This document shows, piece by piece, positions 1-10,993 of a DNA stretch of 64,000 nucleotides. Under the pieces are notes generated by a model. That model was not told where the DNA came from. It saw only the letters and a program-made list of their open reading frames with translations, and did no database searches. The translations under genes were made by a program, and so were the position numbers. Numbering within the stretch: position 1 is the stretch's first letter; every line of letters starts with the position of its first letter. Origin of the DNA: Acidimicrobiia bacterium (GTDB taxonomy: Bacteria; Actinomycetota; Acidimicrobiia; Spongiisociales; ZC4RG35); NCBI GenBank assembly GCA_036374335.1, contig DASUUC010000063.1, positions 42,811-106,810 of the forward strand. The letters run 5' to 3'.

Positions 1-637
1 CTCGGCGGCCCCGTGGGTGGCGGACCCGATCGTCCGCAACCTGGGAACCGTCTGCGGATCCGTCGCACACCACGACCCCGAAGGCGACTGGGCGTCGGTC
101 ATGCTCGCCCTCGACGCCGAAGTGGTCGTCAGGTCCAAAGAAGGCCAGGCTCACTTCCACCCAGGAGCCGATGGCGAGCGATCCACTGGTGGTGAACGCG
201 TGGTTCCGATCAGCCAATTTCTCATCGACATGTTCGCCACCTCGCTACACCCGACCGAGATGGTCATCGAGATCAGGGTGCCGCGTTACCAGCGCGGCGG
301 CGGCAACTACCACAAGCTCGAGCGCAAGATCGGTGACTACGCCACCGTTGGTGTCGCAGCTCATCTCGAGCTGGGCGACGACGATCGAATCAGCAAGGCT
401 GGTCTCGCCCTCACCTCGGTCGCTCCGTCCAACCTCAAAGTCGGCGCCGCGGAGGATGTATTGGTCGGGGAGACCCCAAGCGAAGAACTGTTCTCAGAAG
501 CGGCCCGTATAGCTGCCGAGGCGTGCGATCCGGCCTCTGACGTCAGAGGCAGCGCCGAATACAAGCGGCACGTCGTAGACGTCTTCACACAACGTGCCCT
601 CGCCAAATCACTGGGGATCGCACAAGGAGGTCGGTAA
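1..637 (+). CDS. coxM: Mo-hydroxylase (CO dehydrogenase) FAD-binding medium subunit, 5' end cut by window edge
   Basis: The ORF runs to the window edge. Its translation looks like the C-terminal half of CoxM/XdhB-type flavoprotein subunits (..VRGSAEYKRHV..). Its stop TAA (635-637) overlaps the ATG of the next subunit by 1 nt, and the gene order is M-S-L. Confidence 0.8.
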   Translation, partial: SAAPWVADPIVRNLGTVCGSVAHHDPEGDWASVMLALDAEVVVRSKEGQAHFHPGADGERSTGGERVVPISQFLIDMFATSLHPTEMVIEIRVPRYQRGGGNYHKLERKIGDYATVGVAAHLELGDDDRISKAGLALTSVAPSNLKVGAAEDVLVGETPSEELFSEAARIAAEACDPASDVRGSAEYKRHVVDVFTQRALAKSLGIAQGGR

Positions 638-1109
638 TGAAGATCACGGTGACAGTCAACGGGACGGAGCACAGCCCCGACGTAGAGCCGCGTCTTCTCC
701 TCGTCGACTTCCTCAGGTCGACACTGAAGCTCACGGGCACCCACATCGGCTGTGACACCACCAGCTGCGGGGTTTGCACCGTGCTCGTGGACGGAACTCC
801 GGTGAAGTCGTGCACCTACTTCGCGGTCCAGGCCAACGGCCGGTCGATCACGACTGTCGAAGGGCTCAAGCAGAACGGACAGCTCGCCCCGATCCAGGAG
901 GCTTTCAAGGAGCATCACGGTCTTCAATGCGGCTTCTGCACACCCGCGATGATGCTGGTGGGCAGCGCACTGATCGAGGAGAACCCCAACCCGTCCGAGG
1001 ACGACGTTCGGTGGGCGATCTCAGGCAATCTCTGCCGGTGCACCGGGTACATGAACATCGTCAAGTCGATCCAGGCGGCGGCCGAGACCACCAGACAGGG
1101 AGCGAGCTC

Positions 1110-1113
<4 letters not shown>
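637..1113 (+). CDS. coxS: CO dehydrogenase small subunit, (2Fe-2S)-binding
   Basis: 158 aa with two Cys clusters typical of Mo-hydroxylase iron-sulfur subunits (GCDTTSCGVCTV and CGFCTP...CRCTGY). An AAGGAGG RBS lies at 624-630. Confidence 0.92.
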
Positions 1114-3475
<2,362 letters not shown>

Positions 3476-3479
<4 letters not shown>

Positions 3480-4393
3480 ATCGCGAGCTGCTGGAGCTGT
3501 CGGCCGAGTTGAGCCGCCGGCACCAGCCCTTCCTCACGGCCACCGTGGTGTGGGCACGCGGCCCGTCCTCGGGTAAACGAGGCTCGACCGCGGTGGTCGA
3601 GCCCGATGGCACGGTCCACGGCTGGATCGGTGGGGCCTGCGCCGAGCCCGTGGTCATCCGCGAGGCGCTCGATGCAATGACCGATGGCAAGCCCAGACTG
3701 CTGTTCCTCGGCACAGAGGCAGACATCGCATCTGTCGAGTCCCGACCTGACGTGACCACGGTTCCGATATCGTGCACATCCGAAGGAGCCCTGGAAGTCT
3801 TCTTGGAGCCGATGCTTCCTCAGCCTCATCTAGTCGTCATCGGAGATTCCCCGGCCGTACACACTCTGGTCACCCTCGCCGAGACCCTCGACTGGAGAGT
3901 GGACGTGGTCGGCGAGGATCTGGAGATACCCGAGGTGTCGCCGGCCACCGCCCTGGTCGTCGCCACGCAGGGTCACTACGACGAGCCAGCGGTGGAGGCG
4001 GCATTGGCCACGGAAGCGGGTTACATCGGGCTTGTCGCATCGAGGAAGAGAGCGGAGACGATCGTCGGCTACCTCACCGACAGGGGGGTCGACGATGACC
4101 AGGTATCCCGAGTCGTCGCACCCGCCGGAATCGACCTCGGTCACATCGCGCACGATGAGATTGGGGTCTCAATCGTGGCCGACCTGGTGCAACGGCGCGC
4201 CGTCGGGGAACTACGCGGCTGGCCGATCCCCACCGAGAGGCCACACGTCGCCATCGACCCGGTGTGCAACATGAATGTAGAGGTGGCCACCGCGAGGTGG
4301 ATCACCGAACACGATGGAGAGACCTATTACTTCTGTGCCCCCGGATGTAAGGCAACGTTCGTGAAGGCACCGGCGCAATACGCTGGGGTGTGA
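3476..4393 (+). CDS. XdhC/CoxI-family maturation protein fused to a C-terminal YHS (TRASH-like) metal-binding domain
   Basis: ATG 3476 overlaps the coxL stop (ATGA). It has an N-terminal XdhC_CoxI-like region (TATVVWARGPSSGKRGSTAVV..GWIGGACAEP) and a Rossmann-like XdhC_C region (LVVIGDSPAVH..YIGLVASRKR..PAGIDLG). The C-terminus DPVCNMNV...ETYYFCAPGCKATF matches the YHS pattern. Confidence 0.8.
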
Positions 4394-4405
4394 TACAACA
4401 GTCTC

Positions 4406-4714
4406 ATGAGAAATCAGCTGGCGATCCGTGATCGATGGGCCGACGAGGGCAAGAAGGTTGCCGTCGCCACCGTCATCCGGGTTCACGGCAGCGCGCCCAG
4501 ACCCGAAGGATCCAAGTTCTTGGTCTCCTCAGACGGGGACATGGAGGGCTCGGTCAGCGGGGGGTGTGTCGAAAACGACGTCTTCCTCCACGCCCAAGAG
4601 GTCATCGAGACCGGGAAGCCGAAGAAGGTCACCTACGGAATTGCCGACGAGGACGCCTTCGAGGTCGGCATGTCATGTGGAGGGACCATCGACGTGTTCA
4701 TCGAGCCTTGGTAG
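4406..4714 (+). CDS. XdhC/CoxI-family protein, N-terminal domain only (probably the 5' part of a frameshifted gene)
   Basis: 102 aa with the XdhC_CoxI motif ([45 protein letters not shown]). It ends abruptly where long XdhC proteins continue. Confidence 0.7.
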   Translation: MRNQLAIRDRWADEGKKVAVATVIRVHGSAPRPEGSKFLVSSDGDMEGSVSGGCVENDVFLHAQEVIETGKPKKVTYGIADEDAFEVGMSCGGTIDVFIEPW

Positions 4715-5484
4715 CGGGAGTCAACCAGGCGATCCAGGAGATCCTCGACGCCGAGACGTTTGGCTCGGTGGTGACCGTGGTCGAGGGCCCATCGACCGGC
4801 GAAAAAGCCATCATCGACCACTTGGGGAATGTCATCGCCGGATCCCTTCCCGATGAGATCGCATCCGATGTCATAGAGGATGCTCTCACCCTGATGACCC
4901 ACGAGCAGCACCGGTCGCTGGAATACGGAAAGCATTCCGCTTTCATCGAAACCCTCGCTCCCCCGCCCGATCTCTTGGTTTTCGGAGCGGTCCATATCGG
5001 GCAGGCTCTGGCCTCGTTTGGCACGCAAATGGGTTATCGGGTGACGGTGGTCGACTCACGAGCGCCGTTCGTGACCGAAGAGCGCTTCCCGACGGCTCAT
5101 CGGCTTCTCGTCGGTTGGCCCAAGGACCTGATCGATCAGATCGGCTTCGACCGACGCACCTGGGTGGTTGTGCTATCCCACGATCCCCGGCACGAGACCC
5201 CCCCACTCGAAGCCGCGCTGAAATCCGACACCCGATACATCGGGGCGATGGGATCTCGGCGCACCCACGGCCAGCGAGTCGATCGTCTCAAGGCGCTCGG
5301 TTTTGGCGACGAGGATCTGAAGCGGATCCACTCCCCCATCGGGTTGGACATCGGAGCCGAGACACCACAGGAAGTCGCCGTCTCCATCCTTGCCGAAATG
5401 ACTCTGGTCAGATATGGAGCGGGCACCGGGTTGTCCCTCAGGGGCACCGAGGGGCGTGTCCACAAACAACGCGGGGACGACTGA
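4675..5484 (+). CDS. XdhC-family protein, second XdhC_CoxI-like plus Rossmann (XdhC_C) domains (probably the 3' part of a frameshifted gene; start uncertain)
   Basis: The translation from about 4708 on ([13 protein letters not shown]...[51 protein letters not shown]) is XdhC_C-like. Possible starts are ATG 4675 or TTG 4708. The frame differs from 4406..4714 by one nucleotide. Confidence 0.65.
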   Translation: MWRDHRRVHRALVAGVNQAIQEILDAETFGSVVTVVEGPSTGEKAIIDHLGNVIAGSLPDEIASDVIEDALTLMTHEQHRSLEYGKHSAFIETLAPPPDLLVFGAVHIGQALASFGTQMGYRVTVVDSRAPFVTEERFPTAHRLLVGWPKDLIDQIGFDRRTWVVVLSHDPRHETPPLEAALKSDTRYIGAMGSRRTHGQRVDRLKALGFGDEDLKRIHSPIGLDIGAETPQEVAVSILAEMTLVRYGAGTGLSLRGTEGRVHKQRGDD

Positions 5485-5490
5485 GCCGGC

Positions 5491-5928
5491 CTACTCGACC
5501 CGGCTCCAGAGATCGATGACGTTGCCCTCCGGATCCCGCATATAGACGAATCTGGCGACGGCCCCGGATGGCGCCTGCCACTCGACCACATCTCCGAGGC
5601 TGCTCCCGCCGGAGGCCATCACCCTGCCGATCGATGTTTCCAGGTCTTCGACTTCAAAAGCAAGCTGACTCTGCCCGGGCCGATAGCTCCAGTCTGCCGG
5701 AACCTGTCCATCGACCTCGTATAGCTCGAGGACTGGCCCGTGGTCTCCACGCCCGGGGAGACGCAGGACTGTCAGGGTCACCTCGGCATCGGGGACACCC
5801 ACCCCACGTGCCGCCACATGATCGGTTGTCTGGATCGGAACCACTGTCACACAGTCGAGGGCCTCCCCATAGAAGGGCGCAAGGGCTCCGAGATCGCCGG
5901 CCAGGATCTTGACTTGGTCGAATCGCAC
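5491..5928 (-). CDS. VOC (glyoxalase/bleomycin-resistance/dioxygenase) family protein
   Basis: Only the C-terminal 145 aa of the tracked 305-aa ORF look like a real protein (VRFDQVKILAGDL..QLAFEVEDLE..FVYMRDPEGNVIDLW). A GTG start at 5928 leaves a short divergent gap to the regulator at 5972. Confidence 0.7.
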   Translation of the reverse strand: MRFDQVKILAGDLGALAPFYGEALDCVTVVPIQTTDHVAARGVGVPDAEVTLTVLRLPGRGDHGPVLELYEVDGQVPADWSYRPGQSQLAFEVEDLETSIGRVMASGGSSLGDVVEWQAPSGAVARFVYMRDPEGNVIDLWSRVE

Positions 5929-5971
5929 GGAAGCAACGATAAACGAGGAAAATCGGCGCCGGTAGCCTGGT

Positions 5972-8563
5972 GTGATGCTCTTGGAGAGAGAGGGCCTCCT
6001 GGAGTCACTCGGCGAGAGACTCCGGGACGCCAGAGAGGGGAAGGGATCACTCGTCCTGATTGCCGGTGAGGCGGGTGCGGGAAAGACGTCTTTGGTCCGG
6101 GCGTTCGTCGAGACGCTCGATGAAGAGACTCTGGTCATACAGGGAGCGTGCGATCCGTTGTCCACACCACGTCCCCTGAGCCCGCTGCGTGACTTCGCCG
6201 CCGACCCCAACTCGGGTCTGTCCGGATTAGCCGAGGAGGACAAGCCAGCGATCGAGATCTTCGGCGAGGTTCTCGACCGTCTGAGAAACACGATCCGACC
6301 AATACTCCTCGTTGTCGAGGACATCCACTGGGCTGATGAGGGAACGCTTGACTTCCTCCGATTCATCGGGCGTCGAATCGACGACAGCAAAGCGGTCATG
6401 CTGTGCACCTACCGCGATGACGAAGTAGGGCCCGATCATCCCATGCGACCGGTGCTCGGACAGCTCATCCCTCTCGAGTCGACGCAACGTGTCGTCGTAC
6501 CCCCATTGTCTCTCGCTGCCGTGACCACACTCGCCTCCGACCACGCCTTCGACCCACGCGAGCTGCTGCGGTTGACCGACGGGAACGCCTTCTTCGTTAC
6601 CGAGATCCTGGCCAGCGGCGAAGGCCTGCCCCACACCGTCCAGGAAGCCGTTCTCTCCCGTGTCGCCCAACTCGACGAGAGGCCGCGCCGCGTGGTGGAA
6701 GGAGTTTCGGTGGCTCCTCGCTCCCTGGCGATCGAGCATGCCGCGGTCATCGTGGGCGGCTCGCTCGAAGACATCGATGCTGCCCTCGCTGCAGGAGTCC
6801 TGATCAGCGATGGACACGGTCTTCGATTTCGACATGAGCTGGCTCGGTCAGCAGTCGAGGAGTCTCTCCCCCCCGCACGCAGGCTCAGTTTGCACATGCG
6901 AATGCTCGCAATCCTCGAAGAAGAGCAGAACCCGGATCTTGCCCGTCTCGCCCACCATGCAGTTCAAGCCGGCAGGTCTGATCTGATCGTGGAGTATGCG
7001 CCACAGGCCGGCGACGAAGCCGTTCGACGTGGATCGCGCCGGGAGGCCGTCGCCTTCTACCGGGCCGCGCTCGATCATGCGGACGAACTGGGCTCGGATC
7101 GGGCGGCTGAGCTTCGGGTCAAGCTGGGGGCGGAGCTCCGCATCCTCGACGAGCCCGGCGCAGCAGAGACCGAGTTGCGTCGCGCCGTCGATCACTACCG
7201 GCGATCCGGACAGGTCGAGTCGCTGGCCGATGCCCTCGGCCAGCTACAGGGGGCTCTGTGGAACCTCAGGAGATTCGACGAGGGATGGCAGGCGATGGAC
7301 GAGGCCATCAACGAATTGCGCCCCCGTGGTCCGAGTGAGGCACTGGGTACGGCCCTTTACAGGATCGCCCACCACCACATGCTGGCCCGCCATGGCCAGC
7401 TCGCATTCACGCACATCGAAGAGGCACGACAGATTGCGGACGAAATCGACAGCGACGATGTGGACTGGCTTGTTCTGATGATGACGGGTTGCATCCACGT
7501 CGTGCTCGGCGACGCCGATCAGGGCATTCGCCTCCTCCACGAGTCGGTGGAGAGAGCGAAGACGCTGGACAACCCCAATTTTCTGGCGATCGGGCTCGGG
7601 ATGCTGGGGTCGGGAGGTGGAGAGGCGAGACGGTATGAGGCCGCCATCCCGGCCCTAGAACGCGGTGTGGAGCAGGGGCTGGCCACCGACGCCGACTACA
7701 GCGTGGCCTACAACCGTTCCTGGCTGGCCCGGATCGCGTTCGAGCAGGGTCGCTGGGACGACGCCGTCGGCTATGCCGAGCTCGTGGACCGGACCACCCT
7801 GCAGAGAGAGGGCATCGCCTACATAACCGCGATGAGTGCCTTGGGCCGGGTACGGGTGAGACGAGGCGATCCGGGAGGCCTCCCATTACTCGAGGAGATG
7901 ACGGAGCTCGCCAGAGATCACGAGCTCCAACACGGCTGGAACGCCATCTGCGGACGTGCGGAGTACCACTGGTTGGTGGGCAATCCCGAAGCCGGATCAG
8001 ATGAGCTGGCGCCGGCCTACCAACGGGCCCTCGATACAGATAGCGAATGGGCGCGCGGAGAGATCGGCTTTTGGTTGTGGAGGTCCGGCGCCATCGAAAC
8101 TCCACCCGACGGAGCCGCCGAGCCCTTCGCTCTCCAAATGGCTGGCGACTGGAAGGGCGCCGCAGACAGCTGGAGTGAGATCGGATGCCCCTACGAGACA
8201 GCTCTGGCGCTGGCCGATGGGCCCGAGAACGCGAAGCTGGAGGCCCTGGCGATCTTCGACTCACTTGGTGCACGTCCCATGGGTGACCGATTGAGGAAGG
8301 TGTTGCGGGACCTTGGGGTGGACGCCGTTCCGCGCGGCCCGACCAAGGAGACTCTCGCCAATCCAGGGGGACTGACCAACAGACAGCTAGAGGTCCTCCG
8401 TCTCATCGTCGGCGGCCTCGACAACACCCAAATCGCCAAGGAGCTCTATGTGTCGAAGAAGACCGTGGAGCATCACGTATCAGCCATCTACTCGAAACTC
8501 GGTGTCGACTCCCGGACGAAGGCGGTCAATGCTGCCCTGGAGGTAGGCGCGGTCGAGCGATAG
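5972..8563 (+). CDS. LAL-type (large ATP-binding LuxR-family) transcriptional regulator
   Basis: Walker A GEAGAGKTS, Walker B-like LLVVEDIHWAD, a long helical-repeat middle region, and a C-terminal LuxR HTH (LTNRQLEVLRLIVGGLDNTQIAKELYVSKKTVEHHVSAIYSKLGV). Confidence 0.88.
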   Translation: MMLLEREGLLESLGERLRDAREGKGSLVLIAGEAGAGKTSLVRAFVETLDEETLVIQGACDPLSTPRPLSPLRDFAADPNSGLSGLAEEDKPAIEIFGEVLDRLRNTIRPILLVVEDIHWADEGTLDFLRFIGRRIDDSKAVMLCTYRDDEVGPDHPMRPVLGQLIPLESTQRVVVPPLSLAAVTTLASDHAFDPRELLRLTDGNAFFVTEILASGEGLPHTVQEAVLSRVAQLDERPRRVVEGVSVAPRSLAIEHAAVIVGGSLEDIDAALAAGVLISDGHGLRFRHELARSAVEESLPPARRLSLHMRMLAILEEEQNPDLARLAHHAVQAGRSDLIVEYAPQAGDEAVRRGSRREAVAFYRAALDHADELGSDRAAELRVKLGAELRILDEPGAAETELRRAVDHYRRSGQVESLADALGQLQGALWNLRRFDEGWQAMDEAINELRPRGPSEALGTALYRIAHHHMLARHGQLAFTHIEEARQIADEIDSDDVDWLVLMMTGCIHVVLGDADQGIRLLHESVERAKTLDNPNFLAIGLGMLGSGGGEARRYEAAIPALERGVEQGLATDADYSVAYNRSWLARIAFEQGRWDDAVGYAELVDRTTLQREGIAYITAMSALGRVRVRRGDPGGLPLLEEMTELARDHELQHGWNAICGRAEYHWLVGNPEAGSDELAPAYQRALDTDSEWARGEIGFWLWRSGAIETPPDGAAEPFALQMAGDWKGAADSWSEIGCPYETALALADGPENAKLEALAIFDSLGARPMGDRLRKVLRDLGVDAVPRGPTKETLANPGGLTNRQLEVLRLIVGGLDNTQIAKELYVSKKTVEHHVSAIYSKLGVDSRTKAVNAALEVGAVER

Positions 8564-8665
8564 GGGCGATTTTGCGCCGAGATAGGGGTGCGCTCCGATG
8601 CGGGTGCGGTTATCTCTCCATACGTTCCCGGTAGCCGGAGATACCGGTGGGAAAGGAGAGATGAG

Positions 8666-8950
8666 ATGCCCAGATACATGGTGGAACGTGAGTTCTCCAA
8701 GGGTCTGGAGATCCCGACGACACCCGAGGGTCAGAAGGCCATGCTTGGCGTGGTCGAGAACAACCTGACCGAACGGGTCACCTGGGTGCAGTCGTTCGTC
8801 ACCGAGGACCACACCAAGACCTTCTGCGTCTATGACGGTCCGTCTCCGGAGGCGATCCGTAGGGCTGCGGGGTTGAGTGATCTCCCGGTGAACCGGATTT
8901 CGGAGATCTCGATCCTCGATCCGTACTTCTATGTGGGGGCGGGCGCATGA
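8666..8950 (+). CDS. DUF4242-like small protein
   Basis: ATG 8666 is preceded by GGAAAGGAGAG. The N-terminus MPRYMVEREF and the later ..TFCVYDGPSPEAIRRAA.. fit the DUF4242 pattern as I recall it. Confidence 0.65.
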   Translation: MPRYMVEREFSKGLEIPTTPEGQKAMLGVVENNLTERVTWVQSFVTEDHTKTFCVYDGPSPEAIRRAAGLSDLPVNRISEISILDPYFYVGAGA

Positions 8951-9456
8951 GACGGTTGGCGGCTCTGGCGTTGGCGGCGACCGTCGCATTCACGGCCTCT
9001 CCGGCTTTGGGACAGGGACAGTCCGAGCTGGCAGAGACAAGGCAGGGAACGGCGAGGTTCCACAAGGTGGGCCACGCAGAGGCCGCCGGATATGGAAGCA
9101 CTCTGGATCTTCTGGGCTGCTTTGAGAAGCCTGGCCAAGGTGGCATGGGACTCCACTATCTAAACGGCGCGCTCCTCGATGGCACGGTGGATGCTGCGGA
9201 GCCCGAGGCTCTCGTATACGAGATGCGGGAAGACGGAAAGCTCAATCTGGTAGGTCTTGAATACCTGGTCCCAGAAGCGTTGGTTGATTCCGAAAACCCA
9301 CCCGAGCTTCTCGGGCATCAGCTCCATCCCCATGGGGTGCTGCCGTTCTGGATCCTCCATGTCTGGATTTGGCGTCCGAACCCATCTGGAATGTTCTCCG
9401 ACTACAACCCTGCGGTGGCGATGTGCCCTGAAGGGGTCCCGGTATTCGGGAGCTGA
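8947..9456 (+). CDS. Secreted hypothetical protein
   Basis: The start overlaps the previous stop (ATGA). The N-terminus MRRLAALALAATVAFTASPALG resembles a signal peptide. I recognise no family motif. Confidence 0.6.
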   Translation: MRRLAALALAATVAFTASPALGQGQSELAETRQGTARFHKVGHAEAAGYGSTLDLLGCFEKPGQGGMGLHYLNGALLDGTVDAAEPEALVYEMREDGKLNLVGLEYLVPEALVDSENPPELLGHQLHPHGVLPFWILHVWIWRPNPSGMFSDYNPAVAMCPEGVPVFGS

Positions 9457-9480
9457 CCTGAGGTAGCAATCGGAGGGCGA

Positions 9481-9513
9481 GGAAAGGAGCCGGAGTTTCT
9501 CCGGCTCCTTTCC
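9481..9513 (+). terminator. Perfect 15-bp stem / 3-nt loop hairpin after the secreted-protein gene
   Basis: GGAAAGGAGCCGGAG-TTT-CTCCGGCTCCTTTCC (9481-9495 pairs with 9499-9513), 25 nt after the stop at 9456. There is no clear T-tract, as is common in GC-rich genomes. Confidence 0.6.
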
Positions 9514-9548
9514 TTAGTCTCTGGAACCCATCGCGTGTTCCCAGTCGT

Positions 9549-10979
9549 TTGGATGTTGTGTCCAAGCGGAGAACCTCTTCCTTCGGGGCGGCGATGCGTT
9601 CAACCGTCGTCCCCGGCTGGGGTCAACTCGCCACCAATAGGACCGTGATCGGCAAGATCCTCGTCTTCATCACCGGCCTCATCGCCATCGCCGCACTCAC
9701 GGTTTTCCTGTTCGTCGAGCCGATCGAGTTGGCTGCCTGGCTGGCCAACCCTGATGTCCTGCTTGGCGTTGTCCTGGCCAACCTCGCCTTTGCCGCAATC
9801 CGTCTCTTCTCGACCGGTCACGCCTGGGTGGTCGGTGGTGGCCGGCGATTGTTCGGGGTGGTGCTGCTCGGTTTCTTCGTGGCCATCCCTCATGCGGCCA
9901 TTGCCTGGGTCGGCCTGGAGACCCGCGACTCGATGATGAAAGTGTTCCCCACCGCCGCCCCGGTTGCCGCGCCGCCAAGTGCCAGCACAGTCCCTCCGAC
10001 GACCACGACGACAATGCCGAACACCACGTCGACACGGCTGGAGTTGACCCCGGTGGTCACCGCCCCGGGCGAATACGGTATCGATGACATCAACCTGAAG
10101 AAGGTCCCACTCTGGCGACCATTCGGCGAGGAGCGGCTCAACATCCTCTTGCTCGGGGGTGACGCCGGTCCCCGTCGGAGCGGGTTGCGAACCGACACGA
10201 TGATCGTGGTCTCCATCGACCCGGTGAGCGGAGACGCCGCCCTCATCGGGATCCCCCGCAACTTCGGAGGAGTCACCCTCAAGGACGGGACGGAAGTGCC
10301 GGTGGAGATCCTCAATGCCGTCTACGGATGGGGACAGAATCATCCTGAAAGATTCGACGGGCCTGATCCCGGAGCCTCCGCGGCCGTCGAGGTTCTCGAG
10401 AACATAACGGGGCTCGAGTTCGACTACTACATGCTTGTCGACCTGACAGGGTTCGCCGAGTTGGTTGACGCCTTCGGAGGAGTGCACTTAGTTGTGCCAA
10501 GGGCAGTCGACGGCCCGCTCTACGACCCGGCCACGGGCGGCTACGAGATGGTGCGGATCGAGGCGGGCGAGCAGTTCCTCGATGGTGCCCACGCTCTCGC
10601 ATATGCACGGGTCAGGCACGACTCGACGGACTATGTGCGCATGGGACGACAACGCTGCCTCCTCGCTGCGATGACCCGTGACGCCGATCCCCTCGGCCTG
10701 CTCTCCCGCCTCGGCGACCTGCTCGATGTGATCGAGACCCACGTGACCACTGATTTTCCCGTCGATCTGATCCCCGAGCTAGTCCGACTCTCCCCTCGCA
10801 TCTCGAGCGGAGACATACGGGTCATCGGATTCGATCACAAGTGGAAAGTGGGACGAACGGCAGACGGGGCCGCCATCCCCGACATCGAGCGAATACGGGA
10901 AGCCGTGCGCAGGACGGTGGAGAACCGTGATGATGCGGCCGAGCTCGGGGTCACTACGGCGGAGGAGGCGTGCGGTTGA
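9549..10979 (+). CDS. LCP (LytR-CpsA-Psr) family cell-envelope phosphotransferase
   Basis: N-terminal TM segments are followed by the LCP core (LNILLLGGDAGPRRSGLRTDTMIVVSID...GIPRN...AYARVRHDSTDYVRMGRQRCLL). The start could be TTG 9549 or the ATG of MRSTVV a few codons downstream. Confidence 0.85.
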   Translation: MDVVSKRRTSSFGAAMRSTVVPGWGQLATNRTVIGKILVFITGLIAIAALTVFLFVEPIELAAWLANPDVLLGVVLANLAFAAIRLFSTGHAWVVGGGRRLFGVVLLGFFVAIPHAAIAWVGLETRDSMMKVFPTAAPVAAPPSASTVPPTTTTTMPNTTSTRLELTPVVTAPGEYGIDDINLKKVPLWRPFGEERLNILLLGGDAGPRRSGLRTDTMIVVSIDPVSGDAALIGIPRNFGGVTLKDGTEVPVEILNAVYGWGQNHPERFDGPDPGASAAVEVLENITGLEFDYYMLVDLTGFAELVDAFGGVHLVVPRAVDGPLYDPATGGYEMVRIEAGEQFLDGAHALAYARVRHDSTDYVRMGRQRCLLAAMTRDADPLGLLSRLGDLLDVIETHVTTDFPVDLIPELVRLSPRISSGDIRVIGFDHKWKVGRTADGAAIPDIERIREAVRRTVENRDDAAELGVTTAEEACG

Positions 10980-10993
10980 CCTAGCCTTGCCCG

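Noticed and set aside
774-1109. 5' extensions of tracked ORFs: coxL from 774, XdhC-YHS from 3395, NAGS/K from 20632, deoA from 23426, FMO from 48049, VOC up to 6408, L32 up to 41063, ddl up to 51196
   Set aside because: The extended parts overlap neighbouring genes out of frame and lack homology-like sequence. Internal starts coincide with upstream stops or RBS and with the expected N-termini of the families.
4700-4715. Programmed ribosomal frameshift joining the two XdhC ORFs
   Set aside because: There is no slippery heptamer or obvious downstream stimulator. A simple indel or a genuine split gene is more parsimonious.
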